Assembly (NCBI GenBank): GCA_046861385.1
Contig: JBHHTW010000002.1
Coordinates: forward strand, 64,001-128,000
Direction: 5' to 3'
Length of the DNA stretch: 64,000 nucleotides
Origin: Fidelibacterota bacterium
Lineage (GTDB): Bacteria; Fidelibacterota; Marinisomatia; Marinisomatales; TCS55
Shown here: piece after piece, positions 30,595 through 42,515 of the stretch
How the letters are laid out: each line of letters opens with the position of its first letter
How positions within the stretch are numbered: position 1 is the first letter of the stretch
Position numbers and translations under genes: made by a program
The notes under the pieces: model-generated
Database searches by the model: none
What the model was told of the DNA's origin: nothing
Seen by the model: only the letters and a program-made list of their open reading frames with translations

Positions 30595-33090
30595 ATGAAA
30601 GAGAATTTTTCAAAACGAGTCCAATTAATTATGAAAAATGCTAAGGAGGAAGCCATCCGACTTGGACATAGCTATGTTGGTTCAGAACACTTATTATTGG
30701 GTCTAATTCGATTGAATTCGGGGTTGACCCAAAAGATTTTGGATATTTACGATTGCGATATAGAAGATATCCGAACAATGGTAGAAGACTTGATTAAATC
30801 TTCTGGTGGTACCATGACGCTCGGTCATCTGCCATTGACACGCCGCGCAGAACGAATATTGCGCAATGCTTACAATGAAGCAGCCGCTTTGGGTGCATCT
30901 GTTGCCGATGATGAACATCTGCTATTAGCGATGTTAAAAGAAACGGAAGGAATTGCCCTGGAAGTATTGAATTCATACAATCTTGATTTTAGCGGCGTGA
31001 TGGAATTACTTCACGATGAAACAGATGAGGATGAAGATAGAGAAGATGACTTGCCGATGATCCAAAAACAACATGTCGGAAAAAAATCAAAAACACCTGC
31101 ACTGGACCATTTTTCACGAGATATTACCGATTTAGCAAGGAAATCTAAATTGGATCCGGTTATTGGTCGTCAGGAAGAAATTAACCGTGTGGCTCAAATT
31201 TTATCCCGCAGAAAGAAAAATAATCCCGTATTAATCGGAGAACCGGGAGTGGGTAAAACAGCAATCATTGAGGGACTTGCTCAGCGTATAATTGAGAAAT
31301 CGGTTCCAAGGTTATTACACAATAAACGTATTTTATCTTTGGATCTTGCATCTATTGTTGCCGGAACAAAATATCGCGGGCAGTTTGAAGAACGCATGAA
31401 AACAATCATGGTGGAGTTGGAAAATTCAAACGACTTGATTTTGTTTATTGATGAATTACATACCATAGTTGGTGCCGGAGGAGCGTCCGGCTCCTTAGAT
31501 GCTTCAAACATGTTTAAACCTGCTTTAGCAAGGGGAGATATTCACTGCATCGGTGCGACAACATTAGATGAATTCCGTAAGCATATTGAAAAAGACGGAG
31601 CACTTGAAAGACGGTTTCAAAAAATAACAGTGAATCCTCCCACTCAGGAAGAAACGATTCAGATTTTGAATGGATTAAAAAAAGCGTATGAAACCCATCA
31701 CAATGTTCAGTACGAAGATGATGCTATTAAAGCATGCGTTTATTTATCGGATCGTTATATCACCGATAAATATTTACCGGATAAGGCCATTGACGTCATG
31801 GATGAGGCGGGATCAAGAGCACATCTGCATAATATTGTCGTCCCCCAAAATATTTTAGATCTCGAAAAGGAAGTAGATATAGTCCGACTCAAAAAAGAAG
31901 AAGTTGTATCGAAACAAAAATTTGAAGAGGCAGCCAATTATAGGGATAAAGAACAAAAGTTGCTGATTCAATTATCAAAGGCACAGCAAGAATGGCAGGA
32001 TGACGAGCAATCCAGCCTCGAAATTATTACTGAAGATAATATTGCAGATGTTGTTTCAATGGTTTCAGGAATTCCGGTTAATAAAGTCGCAGAATCGGAA
32101 ACGAAAAAGCTTTTGAAAATGAAAGATAATTTACAGAAATACATTATTGGTCAAACGCAAGCGATTGAAATTATTTCAAAATCCATCCAAAGAGCCAGAG
32201 CCGGTTTAAAGAATCCAAAACGTCCCATTGGTGTATTTTTATGTTTAGGTCCAACAGGGGTTGGAAAAACTGAATTAGCAAAAGTGTTAGCAAATTATTT
32301 GTTTAACCATACGCAAGCTTTAATAAAAATTGATATGTCCGAATTCGGGGAACGATTTTCAGTTTCCAGGTTAATCGGCGCACCACCGGGGTACGTAGGA
32401 TATGAAGAGGGCGGGGAACTGACCGAAAAGGTTCGTCGGAATCCATATTCCGTTGTGCTGTTTGATGAAATTGAAAAAGCACATCCGGATGTTTTTAATT
32501 TATTACTGCAGTTATTCGATGAAGGTGTTTTAACCGATAGCATGAGCAGAAAAGTGGATTTTAAAAATACCATTACCATTATGACCTCCAATATTGGCAC
32601 AAAGGAACTAATGAAAGGGAGTACATTGGGGTTTGTGGATCAAACTGGTGGAAAATCTTACGAAAAAATGCAGGATAAACTTTTGGATGCAGTGAAAAAT
32701 TCATTTAGCCCGGAATTTTTGAATCGGATAGATGAAACCATTGTTTTCCACCCATTAGCTAAAGAACACGTTCTGGATATAATCCATTTACAGTTGGAAG
32801 ATTTGCGTTCAAATCTGGGTCGAAAAAATATAAAATTCAGATTATCCAAAACGGCGAAGAAATTGCTATTAAAAAAGGGATTTAAACCAGAATTCGGAGC
32901 ACGTAATTTACGTCGAGAAATTCAAAATAATTTTGAAGACCCCATATCTGAAATGCTGCTGGAAGATAAATTTTCCGAAGGTGATATTATTAGTATTACT
33001 GCTTCAAAAGGATCCTTTTTATTTACAAAACTCAAATCAAAAAAATCAACAATTTCAAGCACGAAAATCAGAGAAGCTAAATCATCGTAG
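30595..33090 (+). CDS. clpC: ATP-dependent Clp protease ATPase subunit
   Basis: Clp-N repeats, two AAA modules, UVR-type middle domain, LGF loop. Confidence 0.94.
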   Translation: MKENFSKRVQLIMKNAKEEAIRLGHSYVGSEHLLLGLIRLNSGLTQKILDIYDCDIEDIRTMVEDLIKSSGGTMTLGHLPLTRRAERILRNAYNEAAALGASVADDEHLLLAMLKETEGIALEVLNSYNLDFSGVMELLHDETDEDEDREDDLPMIQKQHVGKKSKTPALDHFSRDITDLARKSKLDPVIGRQEEINRVAQILSRRKKNNPVLIGEPGVGKTAIIEGLAQRIIEKSVPRLLHNKRILSLDLASIVAGTKYRGQFEERMKTIMVELENSNDLILFIDELHTIVGAGGASGSLDASNMFKPALARGDIHCIGATTLDEFRKHIEKDGALERRFQKITVNPPTQEETIQILNGLKKAYETHHNVQYEDDAIKACVYLSDRYITDKYLPDKAIDVMDEAGSRAHLHNIVVPQNILDLEKEVDIVRLKKEEVVSKQKFEEAANYRDKEQKLLIQLSKAQQEWQDDEQSSLEIITEDNIADVVSMVSGIPVNKVAESETKKLLKMKDNLQKYIIGQTQAIEIISKSIQRARAGLKNPKRPIGVFLCLGPTGVGKTELAKVLANYLFNHTQALIKIDMSEFGERFSVSRLIGAPPGYVGYEEGGELTEKVRRNPYSVVLFDEIEKAHPDVFNLLLQLFDEGVLTDSMSRKVDFKNTITIMTSNIGTKELMKGSTLGFVDQTGGKSYEKMQDKLLDAVKNSFSPEFLNRIDETIVFHPLAKEHVLDIIHLQLEDLRSNLGRKNIKFRLSKTAKKLLLKKGFKPEFGARNLRREIQNNFEDPISEMLLEDKFSEGDIISITASKGSFLFTKLKSKKSTISSTKIREAKSS

Positions 33091-33093
33091 CTT

Positions 33094-33165
33094 CTGCCAT
33101 ATCGGTTAAAATATATTAATAAAACTGTCATATAGGTTTACATTACTATGTGGTATACTAATTGT
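33094..33165 (+). promoter_or_regulatory. Candidate sigma54-like dnaK promoter with upstream direct repeats
   Basis: CTGCCATATCGGTT (33094) and CTGTCATATAGGTT (33125), 31 bp apart; TGGTATACTAATTGT at 33151 (GG-N10-GT, non-consensus at -12). Confidence 0.4.
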
Positions 33166-33211
33166 GTTATTGTAAAAACAATTCATAATTCATCAAAAAA
33201 GGAATAAAAAA

Positions 33212-35113
33212 ATGAGCAAAATTATTGGTATTGACTTAGGAACAACCAATTCCTGTGTTGCAGTATTAGAAGGTGGAGAACCCTCCATTATCAATAATCC
33301 TGAAGGAGGCAGAACCACTCCATCAGTTGTGGCATTCACAAAAAACGGTGAGAGGCTTGTAGGACAACCAGCCAAACGACAAGCAGTAACAAATTCCCAA
33401 AAGACCATTTTTTCTATTAAACGGTTTATGGGGCGGAAATATGATGAAGTGGGTACAGAAATTGAAGAAGTACCCTATCCAGTATCAAAGAAAAAAGGTG
33501 GTGCAGTAGCAGTAAAGGTGGATGAAAAAGAGTATACTCCTCCGGAAATCAGTGCTATGGTATTGCAAAAATTAAAGCAAATGGCCGAAGAGCATTTAGG
33601 TGCGACCGTAACAGAAGCTGTTGTTACTGTTCCTGCATATTTTAATGATTCTCAGCGTCAAGCTACAAAGGACGCGGGTAAAATTGCCGGCTTGAATGTG
33701 CGTCGTATTATTAATGAGCCGACGGCAGCTGCCCTTGCTTATGGTCTTGATAAGAAAAAAGATGAAAAGATTGCAGTATTCGATTTAGGTGGTGGCACCT
33801 TTGACATTTCCGTCTTGGAATTAGGAGATGGTGTATTTGAAGTGAAATCAACCAATGGTGACACACATCTTGGTGGGGATGATTTTGATCAAAAGGTTAT
33901 CAATTGGATCGCTGATGAATTTAATAAAAGCGATGGTATTGATTTACGTAAAGACCCAATGGCATTACAAAGATTGAAAGAAGCGGCTGAAAGTGCTAAG
34001 AAGGAATTATCCAGCTCAAAGCAAACTGAGATTAATTTACCTTTTGTTACTGCGGACGCTTCAGGACCAAAACACCTTAACCTGACATTATCAAGAGCAA
34101 AATTCGAAGAATTAGTATCAGATTTGGTACAACGAACAATCGAGCCATGCAAAAAAGCCATCAGAGATGCTGGTCTTTCTGCTGCTGAAATTGATGAAGT
34201 AATCTTGGTAGGTGGTTCAACGAGAATACCGAAAATCCAGGAAAAGGTGAATGAAATTTTCGGTAAAGAACCCAATCGCAGCGTTAATCCTGATGAAGTC
34301 GTCTCTTTAGGCGCGGCAATTCAAGGTGGCGTTCTGGCCGGAGATGTTGATGATATACTACTTTTGGATGTAACACCCCTTTCATTGGGAATCGAAACAC
34401 TTGGAAGCGTATCAACAAAATTGATCGAACGGAACACCACTATTCCGACTCGAAAATCTCAAGTGTTCAGCACAGCAGCAGACAATCAAACGACGGTAGA
34501 AATTCACGTACTACAAGGTGAACGGGAGATGGCGGTTGATAATAAAACCATCGGACGTTTCCATTTAGATGGAATTCCTCCGGCACCAAGAGGTGTTCCT
34601 CAAATCGAAGTCACGTTTGATATAGATGCGAATGGTATTCTGAATGTAAATGCAAAAGATAAGGCAACCGGGAAAGAACAAACCATTCGTATTGAAGCAT
34701 CCAGTGGATTGAGTGAAAATGAGATAGAGAAAATGGTAAATGATGCAAAAAAACATGAATCTGAAGACAAAGAAAAACGAGAACTGGTTGATATCCATAA
34801 CCAAGCTGAACAACTGATTTATCAGACTGAAAAAAATATTGAGGAATTTGGTGAAAAGTTAAGTGAAGACGAGAAAAAGACACTTACTGATTCTGTCGAA
34901 AAACTAAAGACTGCGAACTCAGGTACAATAGTGAGTGATATTAAATCTTCAATGGATTCATTAAATGCTGCGTGGAATAAATTGGCATCTAAGATGTATG
35001 AAGCCACTAAAGATGATGAACAACCCAATGCTGAAGCGCCCCCAACAAAGGAAGAGAAAGCAAAAAAAGATGAAGGCGAGATTGAAGATGCTGACTATGA
35101 AGTTGTTGATTAA
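33212..35113 (+). CDS. dnaK: Chaperone DnaK
   Basis: [27 protein letters not shown]. Confidence 0.99.
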   Translation: MSKIIGIDLGTTNSCVAVLEGGEPSIINNPEGGRTTPSVVAFTKNGERLVGQPAKRQAVTNSQKTIFSIKRFMGRKYDEVGTEIEEVPYPVSKKKGGAVAVKVDEKEYTPPEISAMVLQKLKQMAEEHLGATVTEAVVTVPAYFNDSQRQATKDAGKIAGLNVRRIINEPTAAALAYGLDKKKDEKIAVFDLGGGTFDISVLELGDGVFEVKSTNGDTHLGGDDFDQKVINWIADEFNKSDGIDLRKDPMALQRLKEAAESAKKELSSSKQTEINLPFVTADASGPKHLNLTLSRAKFEELVSDLVQRTIEPCKKAIRDAGLSAAEIDEVILVGGSTRIPKIQEKVNEIFGKEPNRSVNPDEVVSLGAAIQGGVLAGDVDDILLLDVTPLSLGIETLGSVSTKLIERNTTIPTRKSQVFSTAADNQTTVEIHVLQGEREMAVDNKTIGRFHLDGIPPAPRGVPQIEVTFDIDANGILNVNAKDKATGKEQTIRIEASSGLSENEIEKMVNDAKKHESEDKEKRELVDIHNQAEQLIYQTEKNIEEFGEKLSEDEKKTLTDSVEKLKTANSGTIVSDIKSSMDSLNAAWNKLASKMYEATKDDEQPNAEAPPTKEEKAKKDEGEIEDADYEVVD

Positions 35114-35130
35114 ACCATAAAATACATATT

Positions 35131-35169
35131 AAACAAAAAAAGCGTTCCAATTGAACGCTTTTTTTGTTT
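35131..35169 (+). terminator. Intrinsic terminator after dnaK
   Basis: aaacaaaaaaagcgttc-caatt-gaacgctttttttgttt. Confidence 0.9.
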
Positions 35170-35222
35170 TTGGAACTGGACTCACGTATATTCGTATTGA
35201 CGGGTACTGCGTTCAAACATAA

Positions 35223-38200
35223 ATGAAACACGTAAAAACCATTCTTATAGGCCTGACGTTCATTTTGATCGTTGCATTAAACATATTTCTGCAATCATCA
35301 TTATGGCGGAGTCCAATTCAAACATATATAAATAATAAGCTGAAAGAACATTCAAAATGGCAGATCGTAATACCTGAACTAAGCGGGAATTTAGGAAGTA
35401 CCATAAATGGGTTAGACATACGTCTGACAAATCAGAATGGTACAGAAGTTATTATTGGTGAATTCCATGCGAGGATGAATATTTTTAAAACTATCATTGG
35501 GAAACCAACCCTTTCATTTTTTCAAATTAACAATATTGAAATCCATCCTGTTTTTCAGTCAGATAACATGATTATGGACGAAAATATTGATACAACTTCC
35601 TTGGATATCTCAACAGATTTTAACTTTGTTATTGAAGATATTAGTTTAGACGGGTTTATAGAAATTCCATTAAAAAACGATACATCAATAATTAATATTA
35701 ACCTCAAAAGCTATTTAAAAATAAATCCAACAAAAAAGGAATTTCATATTGATGAATTTTCCGCATCTCTCAATGATACTCTTGGATATGTCCTACTCAG
35801 GAATACTTCCCTTATCGTATTTGAAACAAGGGCTGAAATTGGTCATGCTAATGGTGTTATGAATGGATTGCCATTTGGGGGTGACTTTTATTATGATTGG
35901 ACTGTGGTTCCGGATTTCTCTGGTGACATTCACATAGACCGTTATGAAATTCCAGACAAAATATTTAAACATAGATTATTAAAATCGAAATTTTCATCAA
36001 TAGAAACTTTTTTACATTTTGAATCTGATCTAACAAATTTTCAAGGTGATTTGACAGTAAGAAATCCACTCGGATTATTTATGAAAGGGGATTTGTCATT
36101 AACTCGCCATGATGAGTACATTAGTTTAAATCGTTTGGGACTTGAAAGTGAAGAATCCAATTTAACAATTACAGGTATTTATGAAGACAATGGCCGAATA
36201 AGTGGGAATGCGTTATTATCTCAATTTGATTTAAGCAAGTGGATCACAGACCAAAAACCCACCAATGTTAATGGTACGATAATTCTCGATGGAACTATAA
36301 AAAAAGGGTCCATGAGTGATATTTCCATGACAATGGAAATAAATGAGTCGGAATTATATAAAGCTAATGAAATATCTATTTCAGGTTCGTTATTTTATAA
36401 TGATAACATAATCTCATTTGATAATCCATTAAGCATGAGTGTCGGTCCGAGTTTTATTGATGTAAAAGGATTTGCTGATTTGGGTGAGGAAAAACTGGAT
36501 TTGGAGCTGAAGTTAAATGAAGCAAGCGTTTTTCTTATTAATAATTTCTGGTCGGACTCATTAACAAGCGGTATTGCTACAGGAGATTTACTAATTAAAG
36601 GCTTATTCAATAATCCAATGATAAAGGCAGAATTGGATTGCAGGAATTTGGGTTATAAAGAAATGGTTTTGGAAGATATTACTTTAAATGCTCATTGGAT
36701 ACCTGCCGATGAAGGTGGGGACGGATTTTTTAGAGGAAAAATTGGAAAAGGATCATGGAGAAAGTATGGGTTTGATTACGGTATTGTGGATATTGCATTT
36801 TCTTCAAACGGTATTGAATTTCAAAGCGCTGAATTCAAGCAAAACGAAAATTATTTACAAACTTCAGGAATTATATCTCCGGACAGTATTTTGTCGATTG
36901 ATCGGTTACAACTGGCTTATGAAAACCATTATTTTATAAATGCAAAGCCGTTTAGGGTGAAATATCAACCAAATAGGATTGAATTTTATCCGTTTGAATT
37001 CCACGTTGATGATGGCATTGCAACTGGGCAGATGGTCATAGGTGATGCCATCAGAGGGCAATTTCAATTATCGAATATTAACGCTGATATAATGAAATTG
37101 TTTACGGATGACGAACGTTTTCACATTTCTGGAAATAGTTTTGGAGATATTTCTGTTATGGATATTGATAACCAACCTGAAGTGAAAATGGATATAACAC
37201 TAAAAAATGGAATTATTGCAAGACAACAATTTTCCGAAATGGTTATTGCCGGATCGATTTATCAATCAACATTAACAGTAGATGAAATCACGCTGGTCTC
37301 AGATGGAAAACAATTTGCAACGCTATCAGGATTTATCCCCATCGGCAAAACAGAAAATGGTGAAAGGGAATTTGATTTTTATACGATATTTAATGATTTG
37401 GATATATCCATATTAACACAATTCATAAAACCTAAATTTTTCATGGACGGAAAAATCACAGGAGGGTTCCATTTGGGAGGTAGTCCAAAAAATACTTTAT
37501 TTGATTATGATTTAATCATTGAGGATGCAATTTGGGATCGCTTGGCCTTAGGTAAAGTTGCATCTGAGGGATTATTTGATGGTCACCGATTATATTTAAA
37601 TAAGTTTTCCTCAGAATATCCCGGATCCATGATAGCAGGATCAGCGTATTTACCTATTGATTATAATTTATCGTCTGAAAAGTTTGGTCGATATTTTGAG
37701 AGCGATTCCCTTTGGCTATTAGTAAATGGTAAAACAAAAGATTTGGAATTTCTCTCAGCCTATATATCGACGATTGACTCCATTACCGGCGACTTCGATA
37801 TAGAATTAGAATTAAATGGCCCTATTGATTCATTGGTTAGAGACGGTCACATAACCAGTCAGAATGGAACTATTTATTCCACCCAGCTTGATGATCCCAT
37901 CCAAAATGTTGATGGAAATGGAGCTCTCGTGAATAATCAACTATTATGGAGGAATCTAAGTGGGGCAATGGTGGACGGTTCGTCACGTAAGAATAAATCA
38001 AATATTTTTGTAACCGGTTCAATGGATATGACCAGTTTTTTTAGGCCTTCATATCAATTGGGAATTAAGGGGAATGAACTTCATTTCAGGACGCTATTAG
38101 GAGATATGGAAGGAATTTGTAATTTAGATTTGTCGTTGACAGGCAAGGAAGTCATTGAAATTTCAGGCAAAATTGAGCCAGTAGATGCGGTGATGTATCA

Positions 38201-39011
38201 GGAATTCGCTCAAAGTTCTGAAGCCATAGCAGCTGAGGATGAGGGGAGTGTTCAAATTAATTATCTTCTGAATTTTCCAATTACGGGTGAATTTGCCTTG
38301 CGCAATTCCCAAATTGATGCTCACCTATCCGGTGAATTAAGTATGACAAAATTGGGCAATTACGATACGGATTACGGAGGCGAGTTGTTTGTACGAGGTG
38401 GAAAGTTTTATTTAAACCAAAATGTCTTTACCATATCGGAAGGATATTTCGCTTTTAACAAACAGGGTTTTAATCCATACGTTGAAATTGAAGCATTTAC
38501 AAAAATAAAAGACGAACATATAATTATTAAGTTAAATGGAAATTGGGACAATCCACAAATTATCCTGGAATCGTCAAGCGGTTTTTCAGAAAGTGATATT
38601 ATAGGACTCCTGACCATCGGAAGCCGTTTTGATCCGGATGAAATTTCAGCAAAAGGACTTGGCAATCAAGCGCAAAACATTTTAGGGGCGTATTTGGAGC
38701 GACAATTAGAGAGGAATTTTCTCCAATCGACTGGTTTAGATAATACGGGCATTGTTGATAATGTCAGTATTTCAGGGACGGCCGGTTTAATCGATCCGAC
38801 TAACTCACAGGAATTTGAAATTAGCGCAGAGACACAAATATCCAATAATTTATCTCTTAATTATTCATATAAAAGATCATTTTCTTTATCAAACCCCAAT
38901 ACGAATAAAGTAGGGGTGGAGCTTCGTTTAAATCGATATGTGTCGCTTGTAGGAAATGTTGATGAGACGGGTAATATGCATGTAAAATACCGCCTGAGAT
39001 ATTCATACTAA
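35223..39011 (+). CDS. TamB/AsmA-like translocation and assembly protein
   Basis: 1262 aa, N-terminal anchor, beta-rich, DUF490-like C-terminus; adjacent to an Omp85 gene. Confidence 0.8.
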   Translation: MKHVKTILIGLTFILIVALNIFLQSSLWRSPIQTYINNKLKEHSKWQIVIPELSGNLGSTINGLDIRLTNQNGTEVIIGEFHARMNIFKTIIGKPTLSFFQINNIEIHPVFQSDNMIMDENIDTTSLDISTDFNFVIEDISLDGFIEIPLKNDTSIININLKSYLKINPTKKEFHIDEFSASLNDTLGYVLLRNTSLIVFETRAEIGHANGVMNGLPFGGDFYYDWTVVPDFSGDIHIDRYEIPDKIFKHRLLKSKFSSIETFLHFESDLTNFQGDLTVRNPLGLFMKGDLSLTRHDEYISLNRLGLESEESNLTITGIYEDNGRISGNALLSQFDLSKWITDQKPTNVNGTIILDGTIKKGSMSDISMTMEINESELYKANEISISGSLFYNDNIISFDNPLSMSVGPSFIDVKGFADLGEEKLDLELKLNEASVFLINNFWSDSLTSGIATGDLLIKGLFNNPMIKAELDCRNLGYKEMVLEDITLNAHWIPADEGGDGFFRGKIGKGSWRKYGFDYGIVDIAFSSNGIEFQSAEFKQNENYLQTSGIISPDSILSIDRLQLAYENHYFINAKPFRVKYQPNRIEFYPFEFHVDDGIATGQMVIGDAIRGQFQLSNINADIMKLFTDDERFHISGNSFGDISVMDIDNQPEVKMDITLKNGIIARQQFSEMVIAGSIYQSTLTVDEITLVSDGKQFATLSGFIPIGKTENGEREFDFYTIFNDLDISILTQFIKPKFFMDGKITGGFHLGGSPKNTLFDYDLIIEDAIWDRLALGKVASEGLFDGHRLYLNKFSSEYPGSMIAGSAYLPIDYNLSSEKFGRYFESDSLWLLVNGKTKDLEFLSAYISTIDSITGDFDIELELNGPIDSLVRDGHITSQNGTIYSTQLDDPIQNVDGNGALVNNQLLWRNLSGAMVDGSSRKNKSNIFVTGSMDMTSFFRPSYQLGIKGNELHFRTLLGDMEGICNLDLSLTGKEVIEISGKIEPVDAVMYQEFAQSSEAIAAEDEGSVQINYLLNFPITGEFALRNSQIDAHLSGELSMTKLGNYDTDYGGELFVRGGKFYLNQNVFTISEGYFAFNKQGFNPYVEIEAFTKIKDEHIIIKLNGNWDNPQIILESSSGFSESDIIGLLTIGSRFDPDEISAKGLGNQAQNILGAYLERQLERNFLQSTGLDNTGIVDNVSISGTAGLIDPTNSQEFEISAETQISNNLSLNYSYKRSFSLSNPNTNKVGVELRLNRYVSLVGNVDETGNMHVKYRLRYSY

Positions 39012-39024
39012 AACGACACTTTAC

Positions 39025-40824
39025 ATGCTAAAACCTAATCGATGGGGAATAACGTTCCTTTTTTTGGGGATGATTCTTTGCCAAACGGATGACCAGATAT
39101 TTGTAGATCACATTTACTTTATCGGAAATCATTCACTGAGAAAATCGCTTCTGGAACAACATATACATCTGGAGGAATCCATTCTCTTTTCAAAAACGAA
39201 ATTTGACAAACGAATTCTTAAACTGGATGGTCTTACCATTAAGAACTTCTATCAATCTAAAGGATTTTTAGGCACTACTGTACGTGATTCATTCGCAATA
39301 ATTGACGGCAAAGCTGATGTATATTTTATTGTCAATGAAGGAGAGCGAACATTTGTCAAATATATTGATTTAAAAGGAAATACGCTTATTTCTGATAAAA
39401 TCATTATGGATATTCTTAAACTCAAAAAAGGCAAACCACTCAATCCGGTTGCCCTGAAAATGAATATAAAATTAATTGAGGAAAAATATCATCATCTTGG
39501 AAAACTCTTTGTAAAAATAAATATAGGGCAAACAGTTACAGATTCTGCATCTATATCCATTGAAGTTAACGAGGGTCCTTACGTTCACGTTAAGAATAAA
39601 TACATTGAAGGAGCTGACTCGTCGGATTATCCCTATATACAGCGAGAATTGATCATATCCTCCAATGATCTCTATGACTTGGAAAAATTACAAAAATCTC
39701 AACGACAATTACTTGAAACCGGACAATATTCGTTTGTCAATATATATCCGGTTCGTTATTTGCAAAGTGACTCTTTGGTCAATTTGGTAACAGAAGTCCG
39801 ATATTTTCCGAAGAGAGAGATATCCTCCGAAGGCGGATTTGTTCCCATCGAATTTGGTGGATTAACTTTGTCAGGTCCCGGCGCGTTTGTTCAATGGAAA
39901 AATCGGAGTTTATTTGGGACAAATGTTCGACTATCCACCAAATCCTCTTTGGAAATTCCTACTGAAGAAGGACTACGGTATCCGCGTTTTAGTATGGATA
40001 TCAATTTGGAAAACCAATGGCTTCTTGGGGTTCGATTTCCAACCAAAATCCAAACATTATACGAATTATATAAAAAATATGGAGCCAGCGATGAACCGTT
40101 CATTCGGAGATATGGATTTAATTGGTCAACAATCAACCGCCTTTCGGAAACATCCTTTATAAAGTTTGGAATGCGATGGGAGAAATTTAATCAAAAGAAT
40201 AATGACACCAAAGATGTGGAGCAGCGAATGATATCTCTAAAAACAAAATTGGACTATTCCGATCATCCGGTATTTCCAACCAGAGGTATTATATTGACCG
40301 GAGACATATATAGTGTGGGTGGTTTATTAGGGGGGAACAGAGATTATCAAAAGGTGGATGGTGGTCTACAAACTTATATTCCAGTGACAAGAAAAATAAC
40401 ATTCGCCACACAAATGAAATTTGGAATAATGTTCAATTGGGATTCAACGTATAATGAGTTTGAAGAAATTTTGCTTGAGAAATTTTATCTTGGCGGAACA
40501 AAGACGATGCGCGGATGGAAGGCACTGCAATTCCCAAAACACCGAACAGCACCTAACATCTTCTTAAATGGTAATGAGATACGTTTTTTAGTTAACGGGG
40601 AATTAAGATTTCCTATTATAGGCAATTATGGCGGTGAACTTTTTATAGACGGCGGTCAATTATGGGGAACCACCAAAGATGTTAACCTATACGATTTGTT
40701 ATGGGATGTAGGAGCAGGAATTACGTATAAGTCACCTTTGGGTCCTATCCGGTTGGAATATGCCTATCAAATTGAAAATCCAAGCAGCTGGGAAATATTA
40801 TTAGATGTGCTGTATGCTTTTTAG
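39025..40824 (+). CDS. Omp85 (BamA/TamA) family outer membrane protein
   Basis: POTRA-like N-terminus, FYLGG..TMRGW, ELRFP, GPIRLEYAY, terminal Phe. Confidence 0.88.
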   Translation: MLKPNRWGITFLFLGMILCQTDDQIFVDHIYFIGNHSLRKSLLEQHIHLEESILFSKTKFDKRILKLDGLTIKNFYQSKGFLGTTVRDSFAIIDGKADVYFIVNEGERTFVKYIDLKGNTLISDKIIMDILKLKKGKPLNPVALKMNIKLIEEKYHHLGKLFVKINIGQTVTDSASISIEVNEGPYVHVKNKYIEGADSSDYPYIQRELIISSNDLYDLEKLQKSQRQLLETGQYSFVNIYPVRYLQSDSLVNLVTEVRYFPKREISSEGGFVPIEFGGLTLSGPGAFVQWKNRSLFGTNVRLSTKSSLEIPTEEGLRYPRFSMDINLENQWLLGVRFPTKIQTLYELYKKYGASDEPFIRRYGFNWSTINRLSETSFIKFGMRWEKFNQKNNDTKDVEQRMISLKTKLDYSDHPVFPTRGIILTGDIYSVGGLLGGNRDYQKVDGGLQTYIPVTRKITFATQMKFGIMFNWDSTYNEFEEILLEKFYLGGTKTMRGWKALQFPKHRTAPNIFLNGNEIRFLVNGELRFPIIGNYGGELFIDGGQLWGTTKDVNLYDLLWDVGAGITYKSPLGPIRLEYAYQIENPSSWEILLDVLYAF

Positions 40825-40927
40825 GGAACCCAAATTCTAAAGATGAGTATAAGCCCAACAGTTACGTATTGTTGAATATAGCTGAATATGTAAATTCGGC
40901 GTCCAAAAAATGAGGTTATCAGAAAAC

Positions 40928-41425
40928 ATGAAACAATTTATTTTTATTCTATCAATCTTTTGTTTAATGCTCATCAGTTGTGAAGGAAGGAAGACTGCTG
41001 AAGAGTATTTTACGCAATCAGAGTTGGATCGAAATTCGAAAAATATCAAATCCTCGTTGGAAAATCTTGAAAATGTCATTACCCATTATCCAGATCATTC
41101 ACTGGCGTCGAAAGCGCAATATCTCATTGGAGATATTTATATGAATGATTTGAGAGATTTTGAAGCGGCGGTTTCTGCTTATAATTCAGTATTGGAACGC
41201 TATCAAACATCTGAGGATTCTCCCAAAGCGCAATTTATGATCGGTTATATTTACGCCAATCCACAATTTGGTAAAATTCAAAATTTAGAAAAAGCAAGAT
41301 CAACCTACGAACAGTTTCTGGAAAATTTTCCAAATCATGAATTGGCCCCTTCTGTCCAGTTTGAAATGGAGAATTTGGGAAAGGATATAAATGATATCCC
41401 CATCTTAAAACACATTTCATCTTAA
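40928..41425 (+). CDS. TPR lipoprotein (BamD/CpoB-like)
   Basis: Lipobox LISC; repeated YP/FP...AQY/F TPR units. Confidence 0.8.
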   Translation: MKQFIFILSIFCLMLISCEGRKTAEEYFTQSELDRNSKNIKSSLENLENVITHYPDHSLASKAQYLIGDIYMNDLRDFEAAVSAYNSVLERYQTSEDSPKAQFMIGYIYANPQFGKIQNLEKARSTYEQFLENFPNHELAPSVQFEMENLGKDINDIPILKHISS

Positions 41426-41440
41426 CCAAGTGATTGAAAA

Positions 41441-42436
41441 ATGAGCGAATTTAGTCTAACTGAAATAAATGAGCGGATTGCACGTGAATCCGCATTTTTG
41501 GATGGTTTAAAAAAAGAGATTGGTCAAGTTATTGTTGGTCAACAGGACTTGATTAATAGAATATTAATTGGATTATTAGCAAACGGCCATATTTTATTAG
41601 AAGGTGTTCCCGGGTTAGCAAAAACATTAACTGTTAATACATTATCTCGGTTAATCAATACGAAATTCCAACGAATTCAATTTACACCGGACATGCTACC
41701 CGCTGATTTATTAGGAACGTTAATTTATAATCAAAGATCGAGTGATTTTGAAATTCGTAAAGGTCCTATTTTCGCAAATATTATTTTGGCAGATGAGATA
41801 AATCGTTCACCTGCAAAAGTACAAAGCGCTCTATTAGAGGCAATGCAGGAACGGCAGGTAACGATCGGTGATGAAACGTATAAGCTGGAAGCACCATTTC
41901 TTGTCTTGGCAACACAGAATCCAATCGAACAGGAAGGAACATACCCATTACCTGAAGCTCAAGTAGATCGATTCATGCTGAAATTAAAAGTGGATTATCC
42001 AAGCTTTGACGATGAACGCGCTATTTTGAAACGAATGGCGTTAACCAAGCAGAATAGCCAAATATCTTCTGTCATTGATGTTGATCAAATTCTGAAAGCA
42101 CAAAATATAATCAATGATATTTATGTGGATGAAAAAGTTGAAGACTATGTATTAAACTTAGTTTTCGCTACTCGATTTCCAGAAAAATATGATTTGACCG
42201 ATTTGGCAAATCTCATTGAATATGGAGCTTCACCCCGAGCAACTATCAATCTGATTTTAGCTGCAAAATCACGGGCGTTTCTGGAGCATCGTGGGTATGT
42301 GACCCCTGAGGATATTAGATATGTTGGCTGGGATGTGTTGAGACATAGAGTGATTTTAACTTATGAAGCTGAGGCAGAAGAATTAACACCGGAAGATATT
42401 CTGCAGCGATTGTTCGATAGTATCGAAATACCCTAA
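41441..42436 (+). CDS. MoxR family AAA+ ATPase
   Basis: LLEGVPGLAKT, RIQFTPD, ATQNPIEQEGTYPLPEAQ. Confidence 0.95.
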   Translation: MSEFSLTEINERIARESAFLDGLKKEIGQVIVGQQDLINRILIGLLANGHILLEGVPGLAKTLTVNTLSRLINTKFQRIQFTPDMLPADLLGTLIYNQRSSDFEIRKGPIFANIILADEINRSPAKVQSALLEAMQERQVTIGDETYKLEAPFLVLATQNPIEQEGTYPLPEAQVDRFMLKLKVDYPSFDDERAILKRMALTKQNSQISSVIDVDQILKAQNIINDIYVDEKVEDYVLNLVFATRFPEKYDLTDLANLIEYGASPRATINLILAAKSRAFLEHRGYVTPEDIRYVGWDVLRHRVILTYEAEAEELTPEDILQRLFDSIEIP

Positions 42437-42515
42437 CCTATGGGAAGTATAAAATGGAAGTGGCAGATGATAAACGATTTCTATTTTCCATATACATTAT
42501 CCCATATTCCATAAA
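42437..42515. repeat. Degenerate short-unit purine/pyrimidine repeat spacer
   Basis: ggaagt/ggcagat units followed by complementary ttccat/atattcc units. Confidence 0.45.
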
